Made by a program: the position numbers and the translations under genes
Part shown: positions 1-9,122 of the stretch, in pieces
Layout: every line of letters starts with the position of its first letter
How positions within the stretch are numbered: position 1 is the first letter of the stretch
Assembly: GCF_002087085.1 (NCBI RefSeq)
Contig: NZ_MWQY01000014.1
Coordinates: forward strand, 1-64,000
Reading direction: 5' to 3'
Length of the DNA: 64,000 nucleotides
The notes under the pieces: generated by a model
Told to the model about the DNA's origin: nothing
Database searches by the model: none
Seen by the model: only the letters and a program-made list of their open reading frames with translations

Positions 1-86
1 GCCGGAGACCGGACTTGAACCGGTACGGGCTTATTAAGCCCGGGGGATTTTAAGTCCCCGGTGTCTACCAATTTCACCACTCCGGC
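1..86 (-). tRNA. tRNA-Leu(UAA); 3' discriminator/CCA lies beyond the window edge
   Basis: Reverse complement GCCGGAGTGGTGAAATTGGTAGACACC GGGGA-CTTAAAA-TCCCC, long variable arm GGGCTT-AAT-AAGCCC, T-arm CCGG-TTCAAGT-CCGG, acceptor stem GCCGGAG/CTCCGGC. Confidence 0.96.
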
Positions 87-105
87 GTTCTATTTTGCAG
101 AAACG

Positions 106-134
106 ATACTACCCGTCTTGCATCGATCCGTCAA
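106..134 (-). promoter_or_regulatory. sigma70-type promoter of tRNA-Leu
   Basis: TTGACG-N17-TAGTAT on the minus strand, about 20 nt before the tRNA 5' end. Confidence 0.65.
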
Positions 135-164
135 GCGCTGATACCATGCGCTGGTCAATCGCCT

Positions 165-974
165 ATGAAGAAGAAAACCGAAGCACCCGATATCAGCGGA
201 TATGTAGATACCCATTTTCATGTACTTCACTCAATCAAAAAAGGTTTGAGCCGGCAGGAGGTTCTTGATTCCTCTTTTGATTCCGGTATGATCTTCGGCA
301 TAGATATTGCCACCGGTCCTGAAGATTTCAACGAACGCCTTGCCTTGTCCCGCGAGTATCCGGGTCTTTTTCTCAGCATTGGGTACTACCCCAGCTGGGC
401 TGAATCCGCTCCGGATTCTTTAGAGGAAACTCTTGCCTCCCAGGCCGGCAGAAGCGACAAGATCGTCGCAATCGGAGAGGCCGGCCTGGACTATTACTGG
501 AAATACGGCACCCCGCAAAAGCAGAAGGAGCTTTTCTCCCGGCAAATTTACACTGCAAACCAGCTTAAACTGCCCATCATTGTTCACTGCAGGGACGCAC
601 AGGAGGATCTTCTCGAGCTTCTTCAGGAAACAAGGGTCGAACACGGCGGAGTGATTCACTGTTTTTCCGGAGACTACTCCTTCGCTTCGGCCTGTATGGA
701 CCTGGGATTTTATATATCCTTTGCCGGGAATCTGACTTACAGAAATGCTCCGGAACTGCGGGATGTTCTAACAAAATTGCCCCTTCACTCCCTTTTGCTT
801 GAAACCGATGCTCCCTATCTTTCACCGGAACCCAGAAGGGGCAGAATAAACAGGCCTTCCAATGTTCGATTCACCTATCAGGCTGCGGCGGACATTCTGG
901 GGCTCGAAACAGAAGAGCTTGTATATACTGTGCGCAGGAATATGGAAAAGCTCTTTAATCTTCCAGGATCATAA
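165..974 (+). CDS. tatD: TatD-family hydrolase/DNase
   Basis: DTHFH, IGEAGLDY, HCR, HCFSG and ETDAPYL motifs. Confidence 0.93.
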   Translation: MKKKTEAPDISGYVDTHFHVLHSIKKGLSRQEVLDSSFDSGMIFGIDIATGPEDFNERLALSREYPGLFLSIGYYPSWAESAPDSLEETLASQAGRSDKIVAIGEAGLDYYWKYGTPQKQKELFSRQIYTANQLKLPIIVHCRDAQEDLLELLQETRVEHGGVIHCFSGDYSFASACMDLGFYISFAGNLTYRNAPELRDVLTKLPLHSLLLETDAPYLSPEPRRGRINRPSNVRFTYQAAADILGLETEELVYTVRRNMEKLFNLPGS

Positions 975-2142
975 TCTCGACCCGGCGATTCATGGCACGT
1001 CCCTCTTCCGTATCGTTCGATCCGAGCGGTTCGTCGCCCCCCACACCCCGGTAGAGAAAACGTTCCGGAGCGATCCCTTCCTCTGCAAGAAGGCCGACAA
1101 CTGCTTGTGCCCGTTGAATGGATAAATCGTACTGACTATCCCTGCTTCCGACATCCGCTGTGTGACCCGTTACCATGAAGGTTCTATCGGGTATCCGCCG
1201 TAATGCATTTGCCAGGGATTTCAGTTTTCCCATCTCGCCCGGGAGGAGTTGCGGCGAATCCGGATAGAACTGAAGATTCTTCAGGGTAATTGAGACGCCC
1301 TCGTCCCGCTCTTCAATACTTACGTCGTCAAGCTGTTCATCCTGTACAAGGCGGCCCAGATCATCCTTAAGAGCCTTCCGGTCCATACGTGGAAAATCCT
1401 CGAGCCAGGTAAGAATAAAACCTTCCCGTTGAACATTGCTGCCGTCCGCATAGCGGTAGTGTTCCTCCACTACATCACGCATAAAAAGGGCGGAGCCGTG
1501 ATCCACGGGAATATAGATATCAACGATATGACGTCCCTGAAGACTGAGGAGCTCCCGGTCGCCGTAAGGATCCTCTCCCCTTTTATATCGAAGGGCGTAT
1601 TGAGCACGAACAATGTGGGCATCATTACCATTGTACTCACCCGATCCCAGATACTCATATTCGCACAGGAAGGGTATCCGCGTTGCCTCCCGTCGCAGTG
1701 GATTCACCACACGAAGCCCGTAGGATTGCCATTTTTCTCCCTTCGCCACAGGCTCTGCAGGAAAACGGGGAAAATCCCGAAGGAGCGGATAATCAGTATC
1801 CGAGGCGACACGCATTTCTCCGGCGGTGGAAAATGAGAGTGTGACGGCCACCACATCATCGATTTGACGGGCCACATGACGCTGATCCCGGGTCATGGAC
1901 TGAAGAACGTAGAAATTTCCGCTGTATTCCGACGTTTTTCCGCTTTCAAGAAACAGGGTTCCCCGAACCTCATTATGTACAAAACCCCTGTATTTTCCGT
2001 CAACCCGCTGACGCATATTCTCCTTCTCGACGATGCTGTAGCGCGGTTTGACTGCGGGATCAAAGGCATCGGTAAGGCTGATCTGGGAATGGAGAAGCAG
2101 GGGGAAAAGAAAGGGGAGAATTAATAAAAAAATCCCCCGCAT
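955..2142 (-). CDS. Secreted protein with C-terminal OmpA-like peptidoglycan-binding domain
   Basis: Signal peptide MRGIFLLILPFLFPLLLHS (start moved to ATG 2142); GHTAD...LSIQRAQAV...NRRVEI. Confidence 0.85.
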   Translation of the reverse strand: MRGIFLLILPFLFPLLLHSQISLTDAFDPAVKPRYSIVEKENMRQRVDGKYRGFVHNEVRGTLFLESGKTSEYSGNFYVLQSMTRDQRHVARQIDDVVAVTLSFSTAGEMRVASDTDYPLLRDFPRFPAEPVAKGEKWQSYGLRVVNPLRREATRIPFLCEYEYLGSGEYNGNDAHIVRAQYALRYKRGEDPYGDRELLSLQGRHIVDIYIPVDHGSALFMRDVVEEHYRYADGSNVQREGFILTWLEDFPRMDRKALKDDLGRLVQDEQLDDVSIEERDEGVSITLKNLQFYPDSPQLLPGEMGKLKSLANALRRIPDRTFMVTGHTADVGSRDSQYDLSIQRAQAVVGLLAEEGIAPERFLYRGVGGDEPLGSNDTEEGRAMNRRVEIMILED

Positions 2143-2203
2143 ATAACGGGGGACAATTCGGCAATTTATCATGACGTCTATACAGAATGCCGGGTGATAT
2201 GCA

Positions 2204-2802
2204 TCACCAGCTGTCCTGCATATCATCTACATCGCGGCTCTCTTCGGAATAGAGGTCCGTAACAGCCCGCATGTCATCAAAATAGATGTAGTAGTCGCCG
2301 TAGGTATCCACGGGATCACAGAGGATCTTGAATCCGTCTACCCGGATACCCATTCTGTTTGCATGGTGATAGTCCCGCTGAATAATATGGGGAGGAATAG
2401 CGACTGTCATCTTCTTCCAGCCGGTGAAGTTCAGACTGCCCATGGTTATTTCCGCACGGTTGCCAAAATAATCACTGATCAGAAGCTTCAGGGTATGGCG
2501 GTTGTTACGCCCCACAACCCATACTGAAATGGTCTTTGTGATTCCTTCAATTGCCATGGGCCGGGCCGGAGTTACCAGGAACTCATGAAACCCTCGTTTG
2601 AAGTATTCAACCTTCACACCGAGAACGTACTTGTCCACTTCGCTCTGGGAAATACCGATCTCTTCTTCCTCAGGAATGGGCTCCTTGTCCAGGGGACCTC
2701 CGGGAAGCCGCCGGATGCTTACACAGCAAACTCCTGAGCTGCCAGGGAAGTCACGGCAAGCAGACATACAATCAGCAGTAAACTCTTCTTAACAAGCTTC
2801 AT
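2204..2802 (-). pseudogene. flaA: Flagellar sheath protein FlaA2, frameshifted/internally deleted near 2719-2727
   Basis: ATG 2802 gives a signal peptide MKLVKKSLLLIVCLLAVTSLAAQEFAV* (stop 2719-2721); the FlaA body (VLGVKVEYFKRG, ISVWVVGRN, MGSLNFTGWK, YFDDMRAVTD) is in another frame. Confidence 0.8.
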
Positions 2803-2807
2803 AACTT

Positions 2808-3542
2808 CTATTCCTCTTCCTCGGGCCAGATCTGAGAGCGCGTTTCCGGGCGTACAAACTCGTCGCCATCAAAGCGGCTCTCAAATACGTCTGTAAGTAC
2901 CTTTACATGATCCATGTAAAAGTCAAAACCCGCCACGTTTTCATCCGGTTCGGTGCGGAGCACAAACTTGATCAGTTTGAGGTTCCGGTAGTTGGGAATG
3001 TATACCTGGCTCTGGGGAATGTACGTGGGAATACTGATCCGCAGGTTCTGCCAGCCGGTATAGTTCAGGCTGCCCATGGGCAGAACGTAAACATATCCCC
3101 TGTAATCCTCAACATGAACCTCAAAGGTAAACTTGTACTGGGATCCCCAGGCCCATAAATCCAGCTCTTTCACCCTTCCCGGAAGGGAGATTTTCGCCGG
3201 TACCAGACCGTCGGGGCCCTCTTCCACGGGGAAAATCTCCAGGTAGTTGAATCCCTTGCGGTCAAAGGCCGCCTGCATTCCAAGCACCTGGTGCCCCTGA
3301 CCGTCCCCGGCTCTGCCGTACAGGGCAAAGGGAAAGCCGTCAACAAGCTTGTACTTGGGATAATCCTCAGCGATAAATTTGCTCCCCTGAACATACCATT
3401 CGTAGGCAGAATCCTCACCATCGAAGGTTTCCACAACATCGGATACAATATTCTCAGTGGCTTTATCGGCAAATAGAGAGACCGGTATGGTCAGGATGAA
3501 CAATAAAAGGCAAACAAAGAATAAACGGAAACCGCGTTTCAT
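2808..3542 (-). CDS. flaA: Flagellar filament outer-layer (sheath) protein FlaA1
   Basis: Signal peptide; FDRKGFN, LDLWAWGS, MGSLNYTGWQNL motifs; paralogous to the downstream ORF. Confidence 0.9.
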   Translation of the reverse strand: MKRGFRLFFVCLLLFILTIPVSLFADKATENIVSDVVETFDGEDSAYEWYVQGSKFIAEDYPKYKLVDGFPFALYGRAGDGQGHQVLGMQAAFDRKGFNYLEIFPVEEGPDGLVPAKISLPGRVKELDLWAWGSQYKFTFEVHVEDYRGYVYVLPMGSLNYTGWQNLRISIPTYIPQSQVYIPNYRNLKLIKFVLRTEPDENVAGFDFYMDHVKVLTDVFESRFDGDEFVRPETRSQIWPEEEE

Positions 3543-3593
3543 TCTTAACTCCTTTATGTAATAGAAAAACTCACAGGTCCGTCAGCAAGTTGA

Positions 3594-3622
3594 ATTATAT
3601 TTCTATCAAAATACTTTGTCAA
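3594..3622 (-). promoter_or_regulatory. Perfect-consensus sigma70 promoter of the flaA operon
   Basis: TTGACA (3617-3622)-N17-TATAAT (3594-3599) on the minus strand. Confidence 0.85.
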
Positions 3623-3642
3623 ACCTTTTTCCCTTTTTAGGG

Positions 3643-3678
3643 AAAAAGGGTAATTACTGATAAAATCTGTAATTACCC
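3643..3678 (-). terminator. Intrinsic terminator after the lipoprotein gene
   Basis: Stem GGGTAATTAC/GTAATTACCC (3648-3657, 3669-3678) followed by TTTTT on the minus strand. Confidence 0.65.
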
Positions 3679-3691
3679 CCGTCGGACAAGC

Positions 3692-4492
3692 TTATTGACT
3701 TACACGGTCTGAAACCAGAAACCAGGGAGCTGCCTCCTGGCTTCCCTCGAGCAGAGACCTGTACACCCTTCCCCAGTCTACAGCAAGGGTCCAGGACCTG
3801 ATATTTCCCCCGGAATCGACGGGACGGTCACTGATAATCATCTTTGGAAGCTTTCCCCTCGAATCAGGAGCCGGGTCCTGTGCGATTCCCGGGCTGTATT
3901 CACCCAAAAAAAGAAGAAGTACATCCGTCGCTGCCGCTGTACCAGTCCCGAAATCACGTTGTTTGACCCTTTCCACCGGTACCTGCAGCTCAGAAAAGCG
4001 AAAACGCCCATTCTCCAGGGTAAGCTTCCGGGTCATACTGTTCCAGAGGGTCTCGTCGGTGAATCTGATCAGGGTAATATGTACCGCATCGTCTGCAGGA
4101 AACTGAGACTCCAGAAGGGTGATAATTGCGTCGGCAGCCCCCCGGGTACTCAACTCCACCGCTCTGATCCCGGCCGGTGTCCGGTGGCCCGGAGGTACAA
4201 CTGCGTAGACCGATACACCGGGATCCTCCCGGTGCACGCTTTCTGCAAGATCATAATACAGGGGACTGAAAACAAGAGCTTCAGCATTCTTATCCCCGGC
4301 GGCTTCCAGAATCTCCAGGGGAGAGGGTTTTTTGGAAAATACCTCGAATACTATCGGCCGGGAGGAAAACTCCTCAATCCCGGCCCCTTCCATCTCTCCG
4401 AAACTCGAATCACTGATAAACAGATAGGGTTTCGAACAGGAGAACATAAACAACGTAAAAAGCAGGGATAAAAACATGCCCCGAATCCGCAT
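3692..4492 (-). CDS. Hypothetical lipoprotein
   Basis: Spirochete-type lipobox (LFMFSC) after a hydrophobic N-terminus; 266-aa ORF with its own promoter. Confidence 0.7.
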   Translation of the reverse strand: MRIRGMFLSLLFTLFMFSCSKPYLFISDSSFGEMEGAGIEEFSSRPIVFEVFSKKPSPLEILEAAGDKNAEALVFSPLYYDLAESVHREDPGVSVYAVVPPGHRTPAGIRAVELSTRGAADAIITLLESQFPADDAVHITLIRFTDETLWNSMTRKLTLENGRFRFSELQVPVERVKQRDFGTGTAAATDVLLLFLGEYSPGIAQDPAPDSRGKLPKMIISDRPVDSGGNIRSWTLAVDWGRVYRSLLEGSQEAAPWFLVSDRVSQ

Positions 4493-4498
4493 GCGGAC

Positions 4499-4564
4499 AC
4501 TCTACGGCTCCGCCTCGTACTGGTCAAGCCCGCCCTTGACATCGACTTTGCCCCTCCCTACAAT
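4499..4564. promoter_or_regulatory. Back-to-back sigma70 promoters (fba on +, lipoprotein on -)
   Basis: +: TTGACA 4536-4541 N17 TACAAT 4559-4564; -: TTGACC 4522-4527 N17 TAGAGT 4499-4504. Confidence 0.7.
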
Positions 4565-4599
4565 CATCTGAAAGATTCATTCCATTTAAGGAGCAGAAA

Positions 4600-5592
4600 A
4601 TGACTTCATATAAAGATCTGGGGCTCGTAAACTCCAGAGAGATCTTCAAGAAAGCGGTGGCCGGCGGCTACGCCATTCCCGCCTATAACTTTAACAACAT
4701 GGAGCAGCTGCAGGCGATTATTCAGGCATGTGTGGAAACCAAATCTCCTGTTATTCTTCAGGTATCCTCAGGGGCACGCAAGTACGCCAACTCCACAATG
4801 CTCCGCTACATGGCCCAGGGAGCGGTGGAATACGCAAAAGAACTTGGTTACGCCATCCCGATCGTTCTTCACCTGGACCACGGCGACACCTTTGAACTCT
4901 GCAAGGACTGTATCGACTCCGGATTCTCTTCGGTAATGATCGACGGCAGCCATCACTCCTTTGAAGAGAACATTGCCCTGACCAAAAAGGTTGTGGAGTA
5001 TGCCCACGCCCACGATGTAACCGTGGAAGGCGAACTGGGAGTTCTTGCAGGGATCGAAGACGATGTTGTGGCCGAAAAATCCACCTACACCAAACCGGAA
5101 GAGGTAATCGAGTTCGTAGAACGTACCGGCGTGGACTCCCTGGCAATCTCCATCGGGACCAGCCACGGCGCGAACAAGTTCACCCCTGAGCAGTGTACCC
5201 GTAACGCCGAGGGTGTTCTGGTTCCCCCTCCCCTGCGCTTCGATATTCTGGAAGAGATCGAAAAGCAGCTTCCCGGCTTCCCCATTGTGCTCCACGGCTC
5301 ATCTTCCGTACCTGTCGACAAGGTAGAGACGATCAACAAATTCGGCGGGGCCATCAAGGATGCTGTGGGAATACCCGAGGAACAGCTGAGAAAAGCCGCC
5401 AAGTCAGCGGTCTGCAAAATCAATATCGACTCCGACGGCCGGCTTGCCATGACTGCCGCTGTACGGGAAGTTCTTGCCACTAAACCCGGGGAGTTTGACC
5501 CCCGCAAGTATCTCGGACCAGCCAGGGACTCCCTCAAGGATCTTTACATGCACAAAAACAAGGCTGTTTTGGGATCTGCAGGCCACGCCTGA
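4600..5592 (+). CDS. fba: Class II fructose-1,6-bisphosphate aldolase
   Basis: HLDHG, SSVMIDGS, VEGELG, GTSHGA, VLHGSS, KINIDSD, FDPRKYL; SD AAGGAG. Confidence 0.97.
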   Translation: MTSYKDLGLVNSREIFKKAVAGGYAIPAYNFNNMEQLQAIIQACVETKSPVILQVSSGARKYANSTMLRYMAQGAVEYAKELGYAIPIVLHLDHGDTFELCKDCIDSGFSSVMIDGSHHSFEENIALTKKVVEYAHAHDVTVEGELGVLAGIEDDVVAEKSTYTKPEEVIEFVERTGVDSLAISIGTSHGANKFTPEQCTRNAEGVLVPPPLRFDILEEIEKQLPGFPIVLHGSSSVPVDKVETINKFGGAIKDAVGIPEEQLRKAAKSAVCKINIDSDGRLAMTAAVREVLATKPGEFDPRKYLGPARDSLKDLYMHKNKAVLGSAGHA

Positions 5593-5621
5593 AAACAAAA
5601 TCACTGAAGAGACACTGTTTC

Positions 5622-5660
5622 AAAAGCTGCCAGGGAATACCCCCGTGCAGCTTTTTTATT
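5622..5660 (+). terminator. Intrinsic terminator of fba
   Basis: AAAAGCTGC...GCAGCTTTT stem followed by TTATT. Confidence 0.75.
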
Positions 5661-5664
5661 CTGT

Positions 5665-5813
5665 GGGCACCTCTAAAAACTACTCTTTTCTCCATATCCT
5701 GCGTCGTCAAGATTTCCCGCGGTCCTCAACTCTTGTTGCCACAAGAGTTTGCGGGCGCTACAAAATCTTTCCTCCTTGACTATGGAAAAAATACCACGTT
5801 TTTAGAGGTGCCC
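5665..5813. mobile_element. MITE (149 bp) with 16-bp perfect TIRs and a 4-bp target-site duplication
   Basis: GGGCACCTCTAAAAAC (5665-5680) / GTTTTTAGAGGTGCCC (5798-5813); CTGT on both flanks (5661-5664, 5814-5817); nested internal inverted repeats. Confidence 0.88.
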
Positions 5814-5818
5814 CTGTC

Positions 5819-6445
5819 TTATATCAGATGCTGCCGGCGGGAAAGAAGAATACTCCCGGTTCCAATCAACAGGAACACAGCCAGGCTCAGTCCCCAGCGA
5901 AAGCTGTAGAAGAAGGCGGGAACAAGGGCCATGAGCAGAGATACCGGTATAATCAGTATCACGTAAAAGAGACGCAGGGCTCCCCTGGCCTGCAGATACT
6001 GCATCAGAATGAGCACAATGAGCACCAGAAAGAAGAATTCCGTAAGAGGCAAGCCAAAAAGAACGAAGGGATCCTGCACATGAATATACCGGACGCTGTT
6101 TATAGCGCCGGTGGGAATAAGGATTCCCATTGAAAAGGGCATCAGGGTCTCCTCGGAGAGGAAGGCGCTGAAAAAGCCGGAACGGAAGAGCAGCATTCCC
6201 ACCACCGCTGCCAGTCCGAGAGCCAGGTAGGTTCTCAACCCCCATATAAACAGATCGGCGGTGAAGGAAGGTACCATACTTCCGGGAAAGGACAGAATCC
6301 ACGAGAAGAATAGAAAGAGTAAAAAGGACCATACCCCTGCCGCCAGAGATTTCCACCAGTCCAGCTGATCAGGTAATCCGTTTTCTTTCAGGAGTAGCAC
6401 AAAAAACGGCAACAGTAATGGAGAGAACAGCATAAACGCGATCAT
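5819..6445 (-). CDS. Hypothetical multi-pass membrane protein
   Basis: 208 aa with about 7 hydrophobic segments; TTGCAC-N17-TACTAT promoter immediately upstream. Confidence 0.75.
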   Translation of the reverse strand: MIAFMLFSPLLLPFFVLLLKENGLPDQLDWWKSLAAGVWSFLLFLFFSWILSFPGSMVPSFTADLFIWGLRTYLALGLAAVVGMLLFRSGFFSAFLSEETLMPFSMGILIPTGAINSVRYIHVQDPFVLFGLPLTEFFFLVLIVLILMQYLQARGALRLFYVILIIPVSLLMALVPAFFYSFRWGLSLAVFLLIGTGSILLSRRQHLI

Positions 6446-6508
6446 ATGGCAAGATAGTAGCAGGAAAAGGTGCTTCGTGCAATCAACTTTGAGAATGTAT
6501 GAGCGGGG

Positions 6509-6919
6509 TCAGGTCAGGGATTCCAGCTCAAGGCGGCTTTGAACGAGGCCGGCATGCTTTCGTTCATCCAGCGAGTATTGAGTAAAGAATACCCGGCCCT
6601 CCGTCTCCGTTATATTTCCCGCCAAATTTTCAAAGAGGTCAGCCATGGCCTCCTCTCTTCTCATAATATCCTTTAGTCCGGCAATATCGTCCTTCAGGTC
6701 CAGAGGTTTCGAAAGGCTCCGTATCCCCTCTTCCATGCTTTCCCGGGTAATCCCCTCGAAGAAATATTCTTCCAGTTCTTCTATTTCCGATTTATGCTCT
6801 CGTTCCTGATCAATGATTGTGTCCATAAGGCGCTGCAGGGAAGGTTTTTCGAGGGAGTTCCTGTAACGCAGATATTCGTTCATCGAGACATCTATCAGTC
6901 TTAGAATGGTCTCTTTCAT
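6509..6919 (-). CDS. Ferritin-like/rubrerythrin-family four-helix protein
   Basis: Two ExxH motifs (EREH, ERKH) in repeated helical pairs. Confidence 0.65.
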   Translation of the reverse strand: MKETILRLIDVSMNEYLRYRNSLEKPSLQRLMDTIIDQEREHKSEIEELEEYFFEGITRESMEEGIRSLSKPLDLKDDIAGLKDIMRREEAMADLFENLAGNITETEGRVFFTQYSLDERKHAGLVQSRLELESLT

Positions 6920-7098
6920 ACCGGCAGCCCCTTCGCGTTTACTCTAGGACAGATAAAATATATCAAATTTCCCCCAGGATGCAAATATATTCCTTTCAGC
7001 TATTTACATTCCATCCAAGAGCTTGCTATGTTAGGTGCTGATGCCCCGTTGGCTCTCATTCGTGGCGTACTTTCCAGTAAGCTGCCGTGGGTGAGTTA

Positions 7099-7127
7099 TT
7101 GATTCTTTCCACGAGGGATGGTATAGT
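7099..7127 (+). promoter_or_regulatory. sigma70-type promoter of infC-rpmI-rplT
   Basis: TTGATT-N17-TATAGT. Confidence 0.55.
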
Positions 7128-7159
7128 TCCATCTCATACCAGATATTTTTGGAGGACTA

Positions 7160-7750
7160 TTGGCTGTTAAAGACCTGCGGATCAATGAACAGATCCGAGT
7201 TCGCGAAGTACGATTGATTGATGGCGACGGAGAACAACGCGGAGTGCTGCCGGTTAATGAGGCAATTCAGCTTGCCCAGGATGCCGGACTCGATTTAGTA
7301 GAAATCGCCCCGAACGCGAATCCGCCGGTCTGTAAGATCCTGGACTACGGAAAATATAAATTCGATCAGGAAAAGCGAAACCGGGAATCAAAAAAGAAGC
7401 AGAAGCTTCTGAAGATGAAAGAAATCCGGATGCAACCCAAGATCGAAAAGCACGACATGGAGTTCAAGGCAAAGCACATTCGGGACTTTCTTGAAGATGG
7501 AAATAAGGTAAAGGTCACGATTCGCTTTCGCGGGCGTGAACTGGCCCATACCGAACTTGGACGTGTGGTACTGGAAAAAATTATGGAGCTTTTAGGCGAT
7601 TCCTTTGTTATCGACCGTCCGCCGGCAATGGAAGGGCGGTTCATGTCGATGATTCTGAACCCGAAGGCATCCAATAAAGCAAAGCAGAAGAAGAGCAAAG
7701 AGAGCGATACGAAGGAGGAGACGGCAGATGCCAAAGATGAAGACGCGTAG
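7160..7750 (+). CDS. infC: Translation initiation factor IF-3 (TTG start)
   Basis: [39 protein letters not shown]. Confidence 0.97.
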   Translation: MAVKDLRINEQIRVREVRLIDGDGEQRGVLPVNEAIQLAQDAGLDLVEIAPNANPPVCKILDYGKYKFDQEKRNRESKKKQKLLKMKEIRMQPKIEKHDMEFKAKHIRDFLEDGNKVKVTIRFRGRELAHTELGRVVLEKIMELLGDSFVIDRPPAMEGRFMSMILNPKASNKAKQKKSKESDTKEETADAKDEDA

Positions 7751-7925
7751 GGCCGCCGCAAAACGGTACTCCTACACCGGAAGCGGCAAAATCAAGTATA
7801 AGAAACAGGGCCTCAGGCATATTCTGACCAAGAAGAGTACGAAACGGAAGCGCAAACTTCGCAAGACTGGAATACTCAGTGAAGCGGAAACGAAGCGGGC
7901 CCGTGTGCTCATGCCCTATACCTAA
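7728..7925 (+). CDS. rpmI: 50S ribosomal protein L35
   Basis: MPKMKT...KR...HILTKKS; operon position. Confidence 0.97.
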   Translation: MPKMKTRRAAAKRYSYTGSGKIKYKKQGLRHILTKKSTKRKRKLRKTGILSEAETKRARVLMPYT

Positions 7926-7944
7926 GCAAAGGAGAACCTAAGAA

Positions 7945-8304
7945 ATGCCACGCGCAGTAGACGGAACCAGACGTCACGACAGACGAAAAAAGATACTCAA
8001 ATCCGCCAAGGGATTTTGGGGTCGACGCAAAAGTAACTTTCGGGCAGCCAAGGATGCCATAGCCAAAGCCGGCGTATATGCCTACAGGGACCGCCGGGCA
8101 AAGAAACGGGAATTCCGCAGACTGTGGATTGCCCGTATTTCTGCGGCCTGCAGAGACAGGGGAATAACCTATTCTCGTTTTATCAACGGTCTTTCAAAAG
8201 CAGAGGTTGAGATTAACCGTAAAGCCCTTTCGAATATGGCTATTGAAGATCCGAAGGCTTTTGATGCGGTTGTGGAAACGGCAAAATCAGCTCTGGGAGT
8301 TTAA
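7945..8304 (+). CDS. rplT: 50S ribosomal protein L20
   Basis: [32 protein letters not shown]. Confidence 0.97.
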   Translation: MPRAVDGTRRHDRRKKILKSAKGFWGRRKSNFRAAKDAIAKAGVYAYRDRRAKKREFRRLWIARISAACRDRGITYSRFINGLSKAEVEINRKALSNMAIEDPKAFDAVVETAKSALGV

Positions 8305-8310
8305 ACGCGT

Positions 8311-8706
8311 ATGATTACGCTCGAACAGGTCCGCCTGCTTGATCAGAAGGTCAATCAGGCGGTGGAGCTTATTTCGTCCCTGAAATCCGAAAACCGTATG
8401 CTCAAGGATAAACTTGAGAGCTATCAGAAAAAAATATCCGAGCTTGAAGTCCTGCTGTCCGGCCTGAAAGAAGACCAGTCGGAAGTCGAGGTAGGCTTTC
8501 GAAAGGCCCTGGATACCCTTTCTGCTCTGGAAAAAGCCGGAGAGAACGCAGAAATCGCCCCGGAAGAGGAAAAGAATTTCGAAGCCGATGCAGATTCTGC
8601 CGATGAAGACCCTGAACTCGCCGACGAGGCTGAGCTGGACGAGGAAGAATCCCTTGAAGCTGAAACCGGGTCAGAATCTGAAGACGCGGAACTCGATATA
8701 TTCTAA
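8311..8706 (+). CDS. zapB: ZapB-like coiled-coil cell-division protein with acidic tail
   Basis: LEQVRLLDQKVNQAVELISSLKSEN coiled coil directly upstream of zapA. Confidence 0.7.
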   Translation: MITLEQVRLLDQKVNQAVELISSLKSENRMLKDKLESYQKKISELEVLLSGLKEDQSEVEVGFRKALDTLSALEKAGENAEIAPEEEKNFEADADSADEDPELADEAELDEEESLEAETGSESEDAELDIF

Positions 8707-8727
8707 AAGCCGCAACAGGCACTGATA

Positions 8728-9018
8728 ATGGGAAAGGAACCGCTGATGATCGATATTCTCGGCACGACTCTCAAGGTCAATACCGACGAGGATCCACGGT
8801 ACCTTTCCCAGCTTATTAATTATCTCCATGAAAAAACCCATGAAGTCCGAAGCTCTACCCAGTTAAACGACCCTTTGAAAATTTCCATTCTTACATCCCT
8901 CTTTCTTATTGACGAGCTCTACAAGGAGCGCTCGGGCATTGAAAAAGCCGGAGAGAATGGGGATCTTTCAGTTCTTGCCGAAGGGATGATCAAAAAGCTG
9001 GAAGAGAGCCTCGATTAA
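8728..9018 (+). CDS. zapA: Cell division protein ZapA
   Basis: IDILG...YLHEK...KISILTSLFLIDELYK pattern; size. Confidence 0.8.
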   Translation: MGKEPLMIDILGTTLKVNTDEDPRYLSQLINYLHEKTHEVRSSTQLNDPLKISILTSLFLIDELYKERSGIEKAGENGDLSVLAEGMIKKLEESLD

Positions 9019-9122
9019 CGGGGCTAAATACCGCTTCTCCAATCTTTATTGTACTCTCCTTGCTTTTCTGCAGGCGCTGTGATTGACAACAGGGACAGGC
9101 AAAAGTTACTATCCCTAGCTGT

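Noticed and set aside
1..164. tRNA-Leu as an island integration site
   Set aside because: The tRNA 3' side is outside the window; no integrase or att duplication seen
2719..2730. Programmed frameshift restoring FlaA2
   Set aside because: No slippery sequence, and the joined product would still lack about 35 residues present in FlaA1
5665..5813. Long hairpin as 6S or SRP RNA
   Set aside because: No SRP GGAA-loop motif or 6S central bubble; perfect TIRs plus a target duplication favour a MITE
5802..6356. Alternative 184-aa ORF overlapping the membrane protein gene
   Set aside because: Same-strand alternative frame with no motif; 5819-6445 has the promoter and a coherent TM pattern
9019..9122. 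Possible 6S RNA after zapA
   Set aside because: Gap is only about 100 bp, largely occupied by the plzA promoter; no long rod structure
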